Source: Micrococcales bacterium (lineage in GTDB: Bacteria > Actinomycetota > Actinomycetes > S36-B12 > GCA-2699445). From it: a DNA stretch of 61,494 nt. The translations under genes and the position numbers were made by a program. The DNA lies in NCBI GenBank assembly GCA_032127075.1, contig JAQAZZ010000052.1, positions 1-61,494 on the forward strand, written 5' to 3'. Within the stretch, counting starts at the first letter, position 1. The number at the start of each line of letters is the position of its first letter. Below the pieces are notes generated by a model. It saw nothing but the letters and a program-made list of their open reading frames with translations, made no database searches and was not told the DNA's origin. This document shows, piece by piece, positions 19,405 to 28,586 of the stretch.

Positions 19405-19965
19405 ATGACCCCACAGCCGGCCACGCTGGTCGTCGACAGCCGCGCGCTGCATCGGCAGCCCGGCGCTTCGCTGCGGGTGGCTGCGACCGTCGCGGCCGGC
19501 GCGGAACTGGCCAACGACGTCGCCCGCGCCGAGCCCGGATCCCTGCGGATCGACCTGCTGCTGGAGTCGGTCCTCGACGGGATCCTGGTCACCGGCACAG
19601 CCACCGTCCCGATTGTGGCCGAATGTGTGCGCTGCCTGGAGGAGGTGCACCGCATCCAGTCTGTGGAGTTCCAGCAGTTCTTCGCCTACCCCGGCGTGAG
19701 CCAGGGTGAAGCCGACACCGGAGTCGACGGCGCCGACGTTGTCCCCATGAGCGGCGAAGACCTCGATCTGACGGATGCATTTCGCGATGCAGTCCTCTTG
19801 GCACTACCCTTGACCCCTACGTGTCGTCCCGACTGTCCGGGACTGTGCCCGGAGTGCGGCGTCAGACTCGCCGAGCATCCCGGGCACAAGCACGAACACC
19901 AAGACCCACGGTGGTCGGGACTCGCGCAGTGGCGTGCGACCGACCAATCGGCCGAAGGAGAGTAA
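19405..19965 (+). CDS. yceD: YceD/DUF177 family protein (large-subunit rRNA accumulation protein)
   Basis: C-terminal CxxC...C.PDC.GLC..CG block (CVRCLEE ... CRPDCPGLCPECG). It lies immediately upstream of rpmF, the universal DUF177 context. Confidence 0.82.
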   Translation: MTPQPATLVVDSRALHRQPGASLRVAATVAAGAELANDVARAEPGSLRIDLLLESVLDGILVTGTATVPIVAECVRCLEEVHRIQSVEFQQFFAYPGVSQGEADTGVDGADVVPMSGEDLDLTDAFRDAVLLALPLTPTCRPDCPGLCPECGVRLAEHPGHKHEHQDPRWSGLAQWRATDQSAEGE

Positions 19966-19967
19966 CT

Positions 19968-20141
19968 GTGGCAGTCCCCAAGCGGAAGATGTCGCGCGCC
20001 AACACCCGGGCGCGCAGGTCGCAGTGGAAGGCCAAGCCGATCACCTTGGCGAAGTGCGACCGGTGCCAGTCGCCGAAGCTGCCCCACGCGGCCTGCCCGA
20101 CGTGCGGCACCTACAACAAGCGGGCCGTGCTCGACGTCTGA
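19968..20141 (+). CDS. rpmF: 50S ribosomal protein L32
   Basis: GTG 19968 after [29 protein letters not shown]...[20 protein letters not shown]. Confidence 0.95.
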   Translation: MAVPKRKMSRANTRARRSQWKAKPITLAKCDRCQSPKLPHAACPTCGTYNKRAVLDV

Positions 20142-20145
20142 TGCC

Positions 20146-20841
20146 ATGACCGCGGTCGAACTGGATGCGTTTCGGCAACGGTTGGGCACGGCGATCCCCG
20201 ACGGGCTGCTGCTGGAGTCGCTGACCCACCGGTCCTACGCCTACGAGAACGGCGGCCTCCGCCCCAACGAACGCTTGGAGTTCCTGGGGGACGCCGTCTT
20301 GGGCATCGTCATCACCGATGCCCTCTACCACCGCAACCCCGACGTCGCCGAAGGTCAGCTGGCGAAGATGCGCTCCGCGGTCGTGAACGCCCGGGCGCTC
20401 GCCGACGTCGCCCGCACACTCGAGCTGGGCTCCTATCTACTGCTGGGCAAGGGGGAGAACGCCACCGGGGGACGCGACAAGACGTCGATACTGGCTGATT
20501 CGCTGGAAGCCGTGTTCGGCGCGGCGTATCTCGCGGGTGGGCTCGGCGCCGCGTCGGATCTGATACTGCGGCTGATGGAGCCGGTGCTGGCGAATACCGC
20601 GGGCCTGGGCGCCGGGCTGGACTGGAAGACGAGCCTGCAGGAACTCACCTCGACGCTGGGGCTGGGTGTGCCGGAATATGTTGTGTCCGAAACCGGGCCG
20701 GACCACGAGAAGACCTTCACAGCCGTTGTCCGGCTGGCCGACGGCGACCACGGCAGGGGCGGCGGCAGCAGCAAGAAAGTCGCCGAGCAGGAGGCGGCAC
20801 GGCTGACGTTCCGGGCTCTCGCGGCCGATTCGGGGGGCTGA
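20146..20841 (+). CDS. rnc: Ribonuclease III
   Basis: 231 aa. RNase III signature [13 protein letters not shown] plus a C-terminal dsRBD ([12 protein letters not shown]...[12 protein letters not shown]). Confidence 0.95.
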   Translation: MTAVELDAFRQRLGTAIPDGLLLESLTHRSYAYENGGLRPNERLEFLGDAVLGIVITDALYHRNPDVAEGQLAKMRSAVVNARALADVARTLELGSYLLLGKGENATGGRDKTSILADSLEAVFGAAYLAGGLGAASDLILRLMEPVLANTAGLGAGLDWKTSLQELTSTLGLGVPEYVVSETGPDHEKTFTAVVRLADGDHGRGGGSSKKVAEQEAARLTFRALAADSGG

Positions 20842-20845
20842 CGGC

Positions 20846-21733
20846 GTGCCGGAGCTGCCCGAAGTGGAAACGGTGCGGCGCGGTTTGGCCGCAGCGCTCG
20901 ACGCAGCGACGATCCGCACCGCGCGAGTCCGGCACCGCAGAGCGGTTCGGCGGCAGCCCGGCGGCACGAAAGAATTCACCGGTTTGATATCCGGGCGTCC
21001 CATTCGGGCGGTGCGGCGGCGGGGCAAGTACCTGTGGCTGGACCTGGGACCAGGGGACGCCGGGCTCGCGCTCGTCGCCCATCTGGGCATGAGCGGGCAG
21101 TTCCGGATGTCCGACAAGACCAGGGTCGTGGATCGCCACGCCCGGGTCACCCTGAGCCTCGCCGACGGGCGGACATGCGTGTTCCGCGACCAGCGGACGT
21201 TCGGATGGTTGCTGGTGGCCCGCTACGCCGCGGATGGGACGCCGGTTCCGGTGGCCCATGTGGGCCGCGACCCTTTCGACCCCCGATACGATCCCGCCGG
21301 CGTCGCCCAGCGGCTCGCCGGATCCGCCTCGGGCATCAAGCGGCTGCTGCTGGCGCAGACCATGGTGTCGGGCATCGGCAACATCTACGCCGACGAATCC
21401 TTGTGGCGGGCCAGCGTCCATCCGGACACGCCGGGCTACGCCCTCGGCGTGGCCGGCTGTGCGGCGGTGCTCGACCAGGCCCGCGAGGTCATGGGCGAGG
21501 CCCTCGAAGCGGGCGGGACGTCGTTCGACCCGCTGTACGTGGCCGTGAACGGTGAATCCGGCTGGTTCGCCAGGTCGCTGGACGTCTATGGCCGCGCGGG
21601 GCAGCCCTGCCGGCGCTGCGGCGCGGCGATCGTGCGGGAGCGGTTCACGAACAGGTCGTCGCACCGCTGCCCGGCCTGCCAGCCGCCCCCGCTCGAGGCT
21701 CGGGGGCGCGACACCGCCCGGACAGCGTCATAG
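20846..21733 (+). CDS. mutM: Formamidopyrimidine-DNA glycosylase
   Basis: N-terminal (M)PELPEVETVRRGL catalytic Pro2/Glu3, H2TH region, and C-terminal zinc finger CRRCGAAIVRERFTNRSSHRCPACQ. Confidence 0.92.
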   Translation: MPELPEVETVRRGLAAALDAATIRTARVRHRRAVRRQPGGTKEFTGLISGRPIRAVRRRGKYLWLDLGPGDAGLALVAHLGMSGQFRMSDKTRVVDRHARVTLSLADGRTCVFRDQRTFGWLLVARYAADGTPVPVAHVGRDPFDPRYDPAGVAQRLAGSASGIKRLLLAQTMVSGIGNIYADESLWRASVHPDTPGYALGVAGCAAVLDQAREVMGEALEAGGTSFDPLYVAVNGESGWFARSLDVYGRAGQPCRRCGAAIVRERFTNRSSHRCPACQPPPLEARGRDTARTAS

Positions 21734-21745
21734 GGGTTTCACTCT

Positions 21746-21795
21746 CCGTCGCCATGGTGGCACCATGAAGCCGTCGCCATGGTGGCACAATGAAG
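21746..21795. repeat. Two tandem copies of a 25-bp unit (ccgtcgccatggtggcacCatgaag / ccgtcgccatggtggcacAatgaag)
   Basis: Read directly. The copies span 21746-21770 and 21771-21795 with one mismatch. The repeat starts 13 nt after the mutM stop. Each unit contains the near-palindrome CGCCATGGTG. Confidence 0.9.
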
Positions 21796-21846
21796 CGACG
21801 CTGGGGCGGGCTGCGCGGCGTCGTCACGTCTGAGGAGGGAGTCCGC

Positions 21847-22026
21847 ATGGCGAAGGCCCTGTATGGCCACATGGCGGCTGTCGACCCGCGGCTTCTGGCC
21901 GAGATCGGCCGACTGCGAGCGCGGGTCAAAGAACTGGAGAATCTCGTGGACCGGCTCGAGTTCGAGCGGGGCATGGAGTTGGCGGGAATGGACCTGGACA
22001 CCGGACTGGTGCCGGCCAGCGTGTGA
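21847..22026 (+). CDS. Small (59 aa) predicted coiled-coil protein of unknown function
   Basis: ATG 21847 lies 6 nt after a strong GAGGAGGGAG RBS. GC3 is high throughout. The product, MAKALYGHMAAVDPRLLAEIGRLRARVKELENLVDRLEFERGMELAGMDLDTGLVPASV, has a heptad-like Leu/Val pattern. I recognise no family. Confidence 0.5.
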   Translation: MAKALYGHMAAVDPRLLAEIGRLRARVKELENLVDRLEFERGMELAGMDLDTGLVPASV

Positions 22027-22117
22027 GGCGCGCGCCGTTGAGCCGGCGCAGCACCGGCGCGGGTTAACCTGCTGGGGCTTCCCCTGATCAGGTCGTCACC
22101 GACCGCGAGGAGTCCGC

Positions 22118-25100
22118 GTGCATCTGAAGAGCCTCACCCTGAAGGGCTTCAAATCCTTCGCCTCGCCCACAACCCTGCAGTTCGAGCCCGGGGTGACCGC
22201 CGTCGTGGGCCCGAACGGGTCCGGCAAGTCGAACGTTGTCGATGCACTGTCCTGGGTGATGGGCGAGCAGGGCGCCAAGACGCTGCGCGGCGGCAAGATG
22301 GAAGACGTCATCTTCGCCGGCACCTCGAACCGCGCTCCGCTGGGCCGGGCCGAGGTGAGCCTGACCATAGACAACACCGACGGCGCCCTGCCGATCGAGT
22401 ACACCGAAGTGACCATCTCGCGCATCATGTTCCGCTCCGGCGGCTCGGAATACGCCATCAATGGCACTGCCTGCCGGCTGCTCGACGTCCAGGAGCTGCT
22501 GTCCGACTCGGGTATCGGCCGCGAGATGCATGTGATCGTGGGCCAGGGGCAGTTGGACTCGATTTTGCACGCCACGGCCGAGGATCGGCGCGGCTTCATC
22601 GAGGAAGCCGCCGGTGTGCTGAAGCACCGCAAGCGCAAGGAGAAGGCGCAGCGCAAACTGGCGGCGCTGGCGGACAAGACCACGCGGCTCACGGATCTGC
22701 TCGCCGAGTTGCGCCGCCAACTCAAGCCGTTGGGCCGTCAGGCCGAGGTCGCACGCCGAGCCGTGGTCATCCAATCCGATGTGCGAGACGCACGGCTGTG
22801 GCTGCTCGCCGACGACTACTGTGCGCTGACCGAGTCGCTGGCGCAGGAACAGGCTGACGAGACCGCACTGGTGGAGCAGCGCCGCGACGTCGAATCTGCG
22901 CTGTTGGCCGACCAGGCCCGGGAGGCGGACCTGACGGCCCAGGCCGAGCAGGCGGCGCCGCTGCTGGCGCAGCATCAGGACGTGTGGTTCCGATTGTCCG
23001 GGTTGCACGAGCGACACAGGGCGGTGGTGTCGGTCGCCAAGGAGCGGTTGCGCAGCGCTGCCGAGGCCGATCAGACCCACCCCAGCGCGACCGACCCCCG
23101 GCGTCTGGAGGAGCAGGCCCGGAAGTTGCAGGAGGAGCATTCCCTGCACGCCGCATCCGCGCGGGAGCGTTCCCAGGAACTGTCCGGCGCCGCGGCGGCG
23201 CGCGTGGCGGCAGAGGCTGAGTTGGCCGCCGAGGAGCGCCGCGTGGAGGACCACAACCGCACCGCCGCGGAGAAGCGGGAGCGATTGGCGCGCCTCAGCG
23301 GGCGGGCGGCCGCTGCCCGCAGTCGGATGGAGGCGCGGCAGGTCGAGATCAAGCGACTCGACGCCGGCCTTGCCGACGCCCGGCGCCGCGAGGAGTCGGC
23401 TGCGGGCAAGTTCGCGGCCCTCGAACGCCAGGTGTCGGGTCTGGGCGACGGTGAAGCGGATCTGGACAGTCAGTACGAGCAGTGCCGCCGGCTCAGCGAT
23501 GAGTCCTCCGACCGTGTGGCAGAACTGCAGGCGGCCGAAGCGGAGACCGCATCGGCCCGGGCCGCGGTCCAGGCCCGGCTGGAGGCGCTGCGAACCGCAA
23601 CCCGTAGCCGGGGCGGAGCGCAGGAGGCGATCCTCGACCATCCACTGGTCCATGGGCTGCTGCGCGACGAAGTGCGGATCGAGCCCGGCTGGGAGTTGGC
23701 GGTCTCGTCTGCGCTGGCCGACCTCGTCGATGCCGCCGTAGTGGGCAGCACGGCTGACGCCCTGGCCGTCCACTCCCACGACGTCGGCGGATCCCTGCGC
23801 CTCGTCATCTCCGGCGCCGGCGCACCGGATATCGCCAGCCTGCCCGGCCGGCCGGTGCATGACGTCATCTCGGCCGCCCCGGCGCTGCACCGGTCCCTGA
23901 CCGGCCTTCTCGCCGGCGCCGTCGTCGCCGAGGGTCTGACCGAGGCAGCAGACCTCGTCGCCCGTGGGGCCCGCCGGGCGGTGACCCGAGCGGGGCATGT
24001 GCTCAGCCGGCACGAGTTGGTCACCTGGGACGACAAGGAGGCCAGCGCCCTGCAGCTCGCCGCCGAGGTCGACGCGGCGGCTGCCGAGGCGGATGCGTTG
24101 TCGGCGAAGGCCGACCGCATCCGTTTCTCCCTGGAGAAGGCCCGCGCCGACGCTGCGGCGTCGCACCAGCAGACCGCTGAGGCGCTTCGGGCTCTGCATG
24201 AATCAGACGCCGCCATGGCCGCGGTGGCCGACCAGCTGGGCGCACTCGGGTCCCAGGTCAGGTCCGCCCGCGCAGAGGCGCAGCGGTTGGGCGACGACGC
24301 GGAGTCCGCCCGCAGTGCGGTCGCCGCCGACGAGAAAGCACTCGCCGAGGCAGAAGAGGCGCTCTCCCTGGCCCAGGCGGATACGGGCCGGGGGGAACCC
24401 CACTCCGATCGTCGTGAGCCGCTCGCAGCTGCGGTGCGCGAGGCCCACGCACGGGAGACCGAGGTCCGCCTGGCGCTGCGCACCGAGGAGGAGCGTGCCG
24501 CGGCGGTATCCAGGCGCAGCGCCGAACTGCTTGCCGCCGCCGAGCGGGAGCGGCGGGCGCAAGCCGAGCGGGAGCGGATCTTGGCCCAGCGGAAACGGCA
24601 GCGGCAGACCGCCGAAGCCGTCCGGGGGGTCGCCGAAGCCGCCGCTCAGCGAGCGGGCTGGCTGGTCGCGGCCGCCGACGGGCTGCGGCAGCGCGAGGAG
24701 ATCGCTCGCGCCGAGCGGGACCGGGAACTGGCGGCCCTGCGCGGCCGAATCCGCGAATCGACCCAGACGTTGGAGGACCTCACCTCTTCGGTGCACCGCG
24801 ACGAGATGGTCCGCACCGAACAGCGCCTGAAGATAGAGCAGCTGCAGGACAAGGCAATGGCGGAGCACGGCGTGGATCGGGACACCCTGGTCGCCGAGTA
24901 CGGGCCCCACGTGATGGTGCCGCCCAGTCCCCGGGCCCCCGGCGATGAGGAGGACGGTGCAGCGCAGCAGCAGCCGTATCGGTTCGAGCGCGGCGAGCAG
25001 GAGCGCCGGCTGCGCTCGGCGGAGCGTTCGCTGAGCCTGCTGGGCAGGGTCAATCCGCTGGCGCTGGAGGAGTTCGCCGCGTTGGAGGAGCGCCATCGCT

Positions 25101-25648
25101 TCCTCTCCGCGCAGCTCGACGACCTGAACAGTTCCGCCAACGATCTGGTGAGCATCATCAAAGAGGTCGACGACCGGATGGAGCAGGTCTTCGCCGAGGC
25201 GTACGCGGACACGGCCGTGCAGTTCGAGCGCGTCTTCGCCCGGCTGTTCCCCGGAGGGGCCGGTCGGCTGCAACTGACCGATCCGGACAACATCCTCACC
25301 AGCGGAGTCGAGGTGGAGGCACGGCCCCCGGGCAAGAAGGTCAAACGGTTGTCGCTGTTGTCCGGCGGCGAGCGATCCCTGACCGCCGTGGCGTTCCTCG
25401 TTGCGCTGTTCAAGGCGCGGCCCAGCCCCTTCTACGTGCTGGACGAGGTGGAGGCTGCGCTGGACGACACCAACCTGGGACGGTTGCTGGAGGTCATCGA
25501 CGAGCTGCGCCAGGACAGCCAGCTGATCGTCATCACCCATCAGAAGCGGACGATGGAAGCGGCTGATGCGCTGTACGGGGTCGCCATGCGGGGAGACGGC
25601 GTCAGCCGGGTCATATCCTCGCGGATCGGGCAGAACTCGCCAGCCTGA
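22118..25648 (+). CDS. smc: Chromosome segregation protein SMC
   Basis: 1176 aa. N-terminal Walker A GPNGSGKSN, long coiled coils with a central hinge, C-terminal signature LSGGERSLTA and Walker B FYVLDEVEAALD. Confidence 0.97.
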   Translation: MHLKSLTLKGFKSFASPTTLQFEPGVTAVVGPNGSGKSNVVDALSWVMGEQGAKTLRGGKMEDVIFAGTSNRAPLGRAEVSLTIDNTDGALPIEYTEVTISRIMFRSGGSEYAINGTACRLLDVQELLSDSGIGREMHVIVGQGQLDSILHATAEDRRGFIEEAAGVLKHRKRKEKAQRKLAALADKTTRLTDLLAELRRQLKPLGRQAEVARRAVVIQSDVRDARLWLLADDYCALTESLAQEQADETALVEQRRDVESALLADQAREADLTAQAEQAAPLLAQHQDVWFRLSGLHERHRAVVSVAKERLRSAAEADQTHPSATDPRRLEEQARKLQEEHSLHAASARERSQELSGAAAARVAAEAELAAEERRVEDHNRTAAEKRERLARLSGRAAAARSRMEARQVEIKRLDAGLADARRREESAAGKFAALERQVSGLGDGEADLDSQYEQCRRLSDESSDRVAELQAAEAETASARAAVQARLEALRTATRSRGGAQEAILDHPLVHGLLRDEVRIEPGWELAVSSALADLVDAAVVGSTADALAVHSHDVGGSLRLVISGAGAPDIASLPGRPVHDVISAAPALHRSLTGLLAGAVVAEGLTEAADLVARGARRAVTRAGHVLSRHELVTWDDKEASALQLAAEVDAAAAEADALSAKADRIRFSLEKARADAAASHQQTAEALRALHESDAAMAAVADQLGALGSQVRSARAEAQRLGDDAESARSAVAADEKALAEAEEALSLAQADTGRGEPHSDRREPLAAAVREAHARETEVRLALRTEEERAAAVSRRSAELLAAAERERRAQAERERILAQRKRQRQTAEAVRGVAEAAAQRAGWLVAAADGLRQREEIARAERDRELAALRGRIRESTQTLEDLTSSVHRDEMVRTEQRLKIEQLQDKAMAEHGVDRDTLVAEYGPHVMVPPSPRAPGDEEDGAAQQQPYRFERGEQERRLRSAERSLSLLGRVNPLALEEFAALEERHRFLSAQLDDLNSSANDLVSIIKEVDDRMEQVFAEAYADTAVQFERVFARLFPGGAGRLQLTDPDNILTSGVEVEARPPGKKVKRLSLLSGGERSLTAVAFLVALFKARPSPFYVLDEVEAALDDTNLGRLLEVIDELRQDSQLIVITHQKRTMEAADALYGVAMRGDGVSRVISSRIGQNSPA

Positions 25649-25692
25649 ACGGAACACCCGTTGACCGCGCGGCTGGTTCCGGGTGGACAATC

Positions 25693-26883
25693 GTGACCGT
25701 GGAACCTCTCATCGGTGTAGTCGCAGGCCTGGTCGTCCTCGTTGTCGCGCTTGTTGTTGTGGTGGTGCGCGTGCGGCGGGGGCGGCAGCTCCCACCGGCC
25801 CCGCGGGCACCGGAGATCCTGCCGGGAGTCAACGACGACGCCTCACCCCCGCGCGACACCCCGCGCCGCGACGTGGAGGACGTGCCGCTCGCCGAAGGGG
25901 GTGTCGGCACTGCGGTGCTGGAACCGCCCGTGCCGACGGCGCCGGAACTGGAGACACCCGAGCCGGCCGGAGGCAGGCTGTCCCGGCTGCGTGCCCGACT
26001 GGCCCGATCCAACAGCGCCATCGGCCGAGGGCTGCTGGCGCTGCTGTCGCGCGACACCTTGGACGACGCCACGTGGGAAGAGGTGGAGGACACGCTGCTG
26101 CTGGCCGACCTCGGCGTGCCGGGCACGACGGAGCTGGTGGACCGGCTGCGTACGAGGGTCCGGGTGGAGGGAGTTTCCGACCCCGCGCAACTGCGGCAGA
26201 TCCTCGCAGAGGAGTTGCTGCTGTCAGTCGGCCCGGACATGGACCGCGACCTGCATACGGCGCGGTCCGAGGGGCTTCCCGCGGTCGTGCTGGTGGTGGG
26301 CGTGAACGGCACGGGCAAGACCACGACCACGGGGAAGCAGGCCCGCCTGCTCGTGGCGGAGGATCGCGATGTGGTGCTCGGCGCCGCGGACACGTTCCGG
26401 GCCGCGGCCAGCGAGCAGCTGCAGACATGGGGCGAGCGCGTGGGGGTCCCCGTGGTCCGGGGCCCCGAGGGCGCAGACCCCGCCGCAGTTGCCTTCGACG
26501 CCGTGGCGGCGGGGGTCGAAGGTGAAGCGGACACCGTGGTGGTGGACACGGCGGGAAGGCTGCACACCAAGGTCGGGCTCATGGATGAACTCGGCAAGGT
26601 CAAGCGGGTGATCCAGAAGAAAGCCCCGGTGAGCGAAGTGCTCCTGGTGCTGGATGCCACGACCGGGCAGAACGGAATGGCCCAGGCTCGGGTCTTCGCC
26701 GACGCCGTGGACATCACCGGAATCGTCCTGACCAAACTGGACGGCACCGCCAAAGGCGGCATCGTCGTGTCGGTGCAGCGCGAACTGGGTGTGCCGGTGA
26801 AACTCGTCGGTCTGGGGGAGGGGCCGGACGACCTCGCCCCCTTCGAGCCCGAGGCGTTCGTCAACGCCATCGTGGGGGAGTGA
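25693..26883 (+). CDS. ftsY: Signal recognition particle receptor FtsY
   Basis: 396 aa. N-terminal hydrophobic anchor, then NG domain with GVNGTGKTTT, DTAGRL and TKLDGTAKGG. Confidence 0.96.
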   Translation: MTVEPLIGVVAGLVVLVVALVVVVVRVRRGRQLPPAPRAPEILPGVNDDASPPRDTPRRDVEDVPLAEGGVGTAVLEPPVPTAPELETPEPAGGRLSRLRARLARSNSAIGRGLLALLSRDTLDDATWEEVEDTLLLADLGVPGTTELVDRLRTRVRVEGVSDPAQLRQILAEELLLSVGPDMDRDLHTARSEGLPAVVLVVGVNGTGKTTTTGKQARLLVAEDRDVVLGAADTFRAAASEQLQTWGERVGVPVVRGPEGADPAAVAFDAVAAGVEGEADTVVVDTAGRLHTKVGLMDELGKVKRVIQKKAPVSEVLLVLDATTGQNGMAQARVFADAVDITGIVLTKLDGTAKGGIVVSVQRELGVPVKLVGLGEGPDDLAPFEPEAFVNAIVGE

Positions 26884-26899
26884 CCCCCGCGGCCGGCCG

Positions 26900-28522
26900 T
26901 CACCTGCGGACGCGCGTCAGCACCACAGCGGAGTCCGGCCCCAGCACCGCCGCCGATCCGTCGAGCGCGGCATCCCCGCACGCGACTGCGACCGCTGACT
27001 CCGGGGCGGGTACCCGCCGCTGCCGGGAGCCGAGGTTGGCCAGGACGACTGTTTCCCCACCGCTTGCCTGGTCACGGCGGCGGAAGCCGAGGACGCCCGC
27101 ACCCAAGCCCCCGATGAGTTGCAGATCGCCGCGGCGCAGCGCCTGGTTGTCGCGGCGCAGCCGGAGCAGCTGCCGGTACAGCACCAGCAGGGAGTCGGGG
27201 TCCGCGGCCGCTGCCGCCGCGTTCACGCTGCGGTAGCCGGGGTTCACCGGGAGCCACGGCTGCACTCCGGGCGGGCAGAATCCGGCGTTCGGACCGCCGT
27301 CCCACTGCATCGGGGTGCGTACCTCGTCGCGGTTCAGCCGCTCGGCCAACCGCCGGTTGACCGGCTCGGGGATCCAGGAGAAGAACGACGCCGCCACCGG
27401 ATCCGTGGCGTCGCGCAGCGGGATGTAGGTGTTGGACATCCCGAGTTCCTGGCCCATGTAGACCGCGGCCACCCCCCGCACGGTCATTTGGATCACTGCC
27501 ATGACCTTCGCCTTGGCGACGTCGCCGGCCACACGGTCGATGCTGCGCGACCGATCGTGGTTCTCCAGCACATAGGTCGGCTGCAGCGGTGGGGGAAACG
27601 CAGCCTCGAACCGTCCGATGGTGTCGCGCAGCCAGTCCGGATCGTAGGTGAACGCAAGGAAGTCGAACAGGAAGACCAGATCGAGTCCCGCTCCGTCAGC
27701 GAGGTATCCGCGCAGCACCTGTGGGGGGCCGAAGACCTCGCCGAGCAGGATCCGGTTGCCGTATTCGGCGCACAGGTTGTGCAGTTCCTCAGCCAACGCC
27801 ACGTTGTCCGGCGTGTTCTCCGTGTACAGCCGTTTCGTCAGACGGGGCAGCCCGTTGACGACGCGGGGTGACACCGGGTTGTCCCGCAGGAGGGGGTCCT
27901 TCATGACCGAGCCGAAGATATCGAGGCGGAACCCGTCCACCCCCCGGTCCAGCCAGAACCGGATCGCGCTGAACATCTGCGCCCGCACCTCCGGGTTGCG
28001 CCAGTTGAGGTCGGGCTGGAACGGCAGGAAGCTGGCCAGATACCACTGGCGCCGCTGCGGACTGTAGTTCCAGGCCGAACTGACCTCCAGCGCCGACCGC
28101 CAGTTGTTCGGTGGCCGGCGGCCGCGCCGACCGCGGCCATCGGCCCAGATGTACCAGTCGGCCTTCGGGTTGCTGCGCGACCCCCGCGAGCGGAGGAACC
28201 ACGGATGCTGGTCGGAGGTGTGGTTCAACACCAGATCGAACAGGATCCGCAGGCCACGGGAATGCGCCTGGGCCACGAGGGTGTCTACGTCGCCCAGCGT
28301 CCCGTACTCCGGCGCAACCCCGGTGTAGTCGGTGATGTCATAGCCGAAGTCGAGTTGCGGGCTGCTGAAGAACGGGGAGATCCACACGGTGTCCACCCCC
28401 AGATCGGCCACGTAGTCGAGGTGGTCGATGATGCCGCGAAGGTCGCCGATGCCATCGCCGTCGGAATCGGCGAACGACCGGGGGTAGATCTGGTAGATGC
28501 TCGCAGCGTCGGGCCAGGCCAT
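26900..28522 (-). CDS. GH13 alpha-glucosidase / oligo-1,6-glucosidase-like glycoside hydrolase
   Basis: Start at ATG 28522 (MAWPDAASIYQIYPRSFADSDGDGIGDLRGI). All four GH13 conserved regions are present: DLVLNHTS, GFRLDIF, LGEVF and VLENHD. It is the only - strand gene in the smc...ffh block. Confidence 0.87.
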   Translation of the reverse strand: MAWPDAASIYQIYPRSFADSDGDGIGDLRGIIDHLDYVADLGVDTVWISPFFSSPQLDFGYDITDYTGVAPEYGTLGDVDTLVAQAHSRGLRILFDLVLNHTSDQHPWFLRSRGSRSNPKADWYIWADGRGRRGRRPPNNWRSALEVSSAWNYSPQRRQWYLASFLPFQPDLNWRNPEVRAQMFSAIRFWLDRGVDGFRLDIFGSVMKDPLLRDNPVSPRVVNGLPRLTKRLYTENTPDNVALAEELHNLCAEYGNRILLGEVFGPPQVLRGYLADGAGLDLVFLFDFLAFTYDPDWLRDTIGRFEAAFPPPLQPTYVLENHDRSRSIDRVAGDVAKAKVMAVIQMTVRGVAAVYMGQELGMSNTYIPLRDATDPVAASFFSWIPEPVNRRLAERLNRDEVRTPMQWDGGPNAGFCPPGVQPWLPVNPGYRSVNAAAAAADPDSLLVLYRQLLRLRRDNQALRRGDLQLIGGLGAGVLGFRRRDQASGGETVVLANLGSRQRRVPAPESAVAVACGDAALDGSAAVLGPDSAVVLTRVRR

Positions 28523-28586
28523 GTCCGCATCTTGTCCGTTCTGCAGCCCTCGATGCGACTGCGGCGCAGCCGGTATGTGGGGGCTG

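Noticed and set aside
21757-21775. TGGCAC within the 25-bp repeat, resembling the -24 element of sigma-54 promoters.
   Set aside because: There is no TTGC(A/T) -12 element at the required 5-nt spacing. To established knowledge, Actinomycetota lack sigma-54.
22088-24199. A 703-aa - strand ORF opposite smc.
   Set aside because: It is a shadow ORF of the SMC coiled-coil region, and the smc frame is fully supported by Walker A, hinge and signature motifs.
26874-26899. GGGGG-agtga-CCCCC and the 10-nt palindrome CGGCCGGCCG between ftsY and the GH13 gene as a bidirectional terminator.
   Set aside because: The stem is only 5 bp and overlaps the ftsY stop. The palindrome has no loop and cannot form a meaningful hairpin. 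Evidence is too weak to call a feature.
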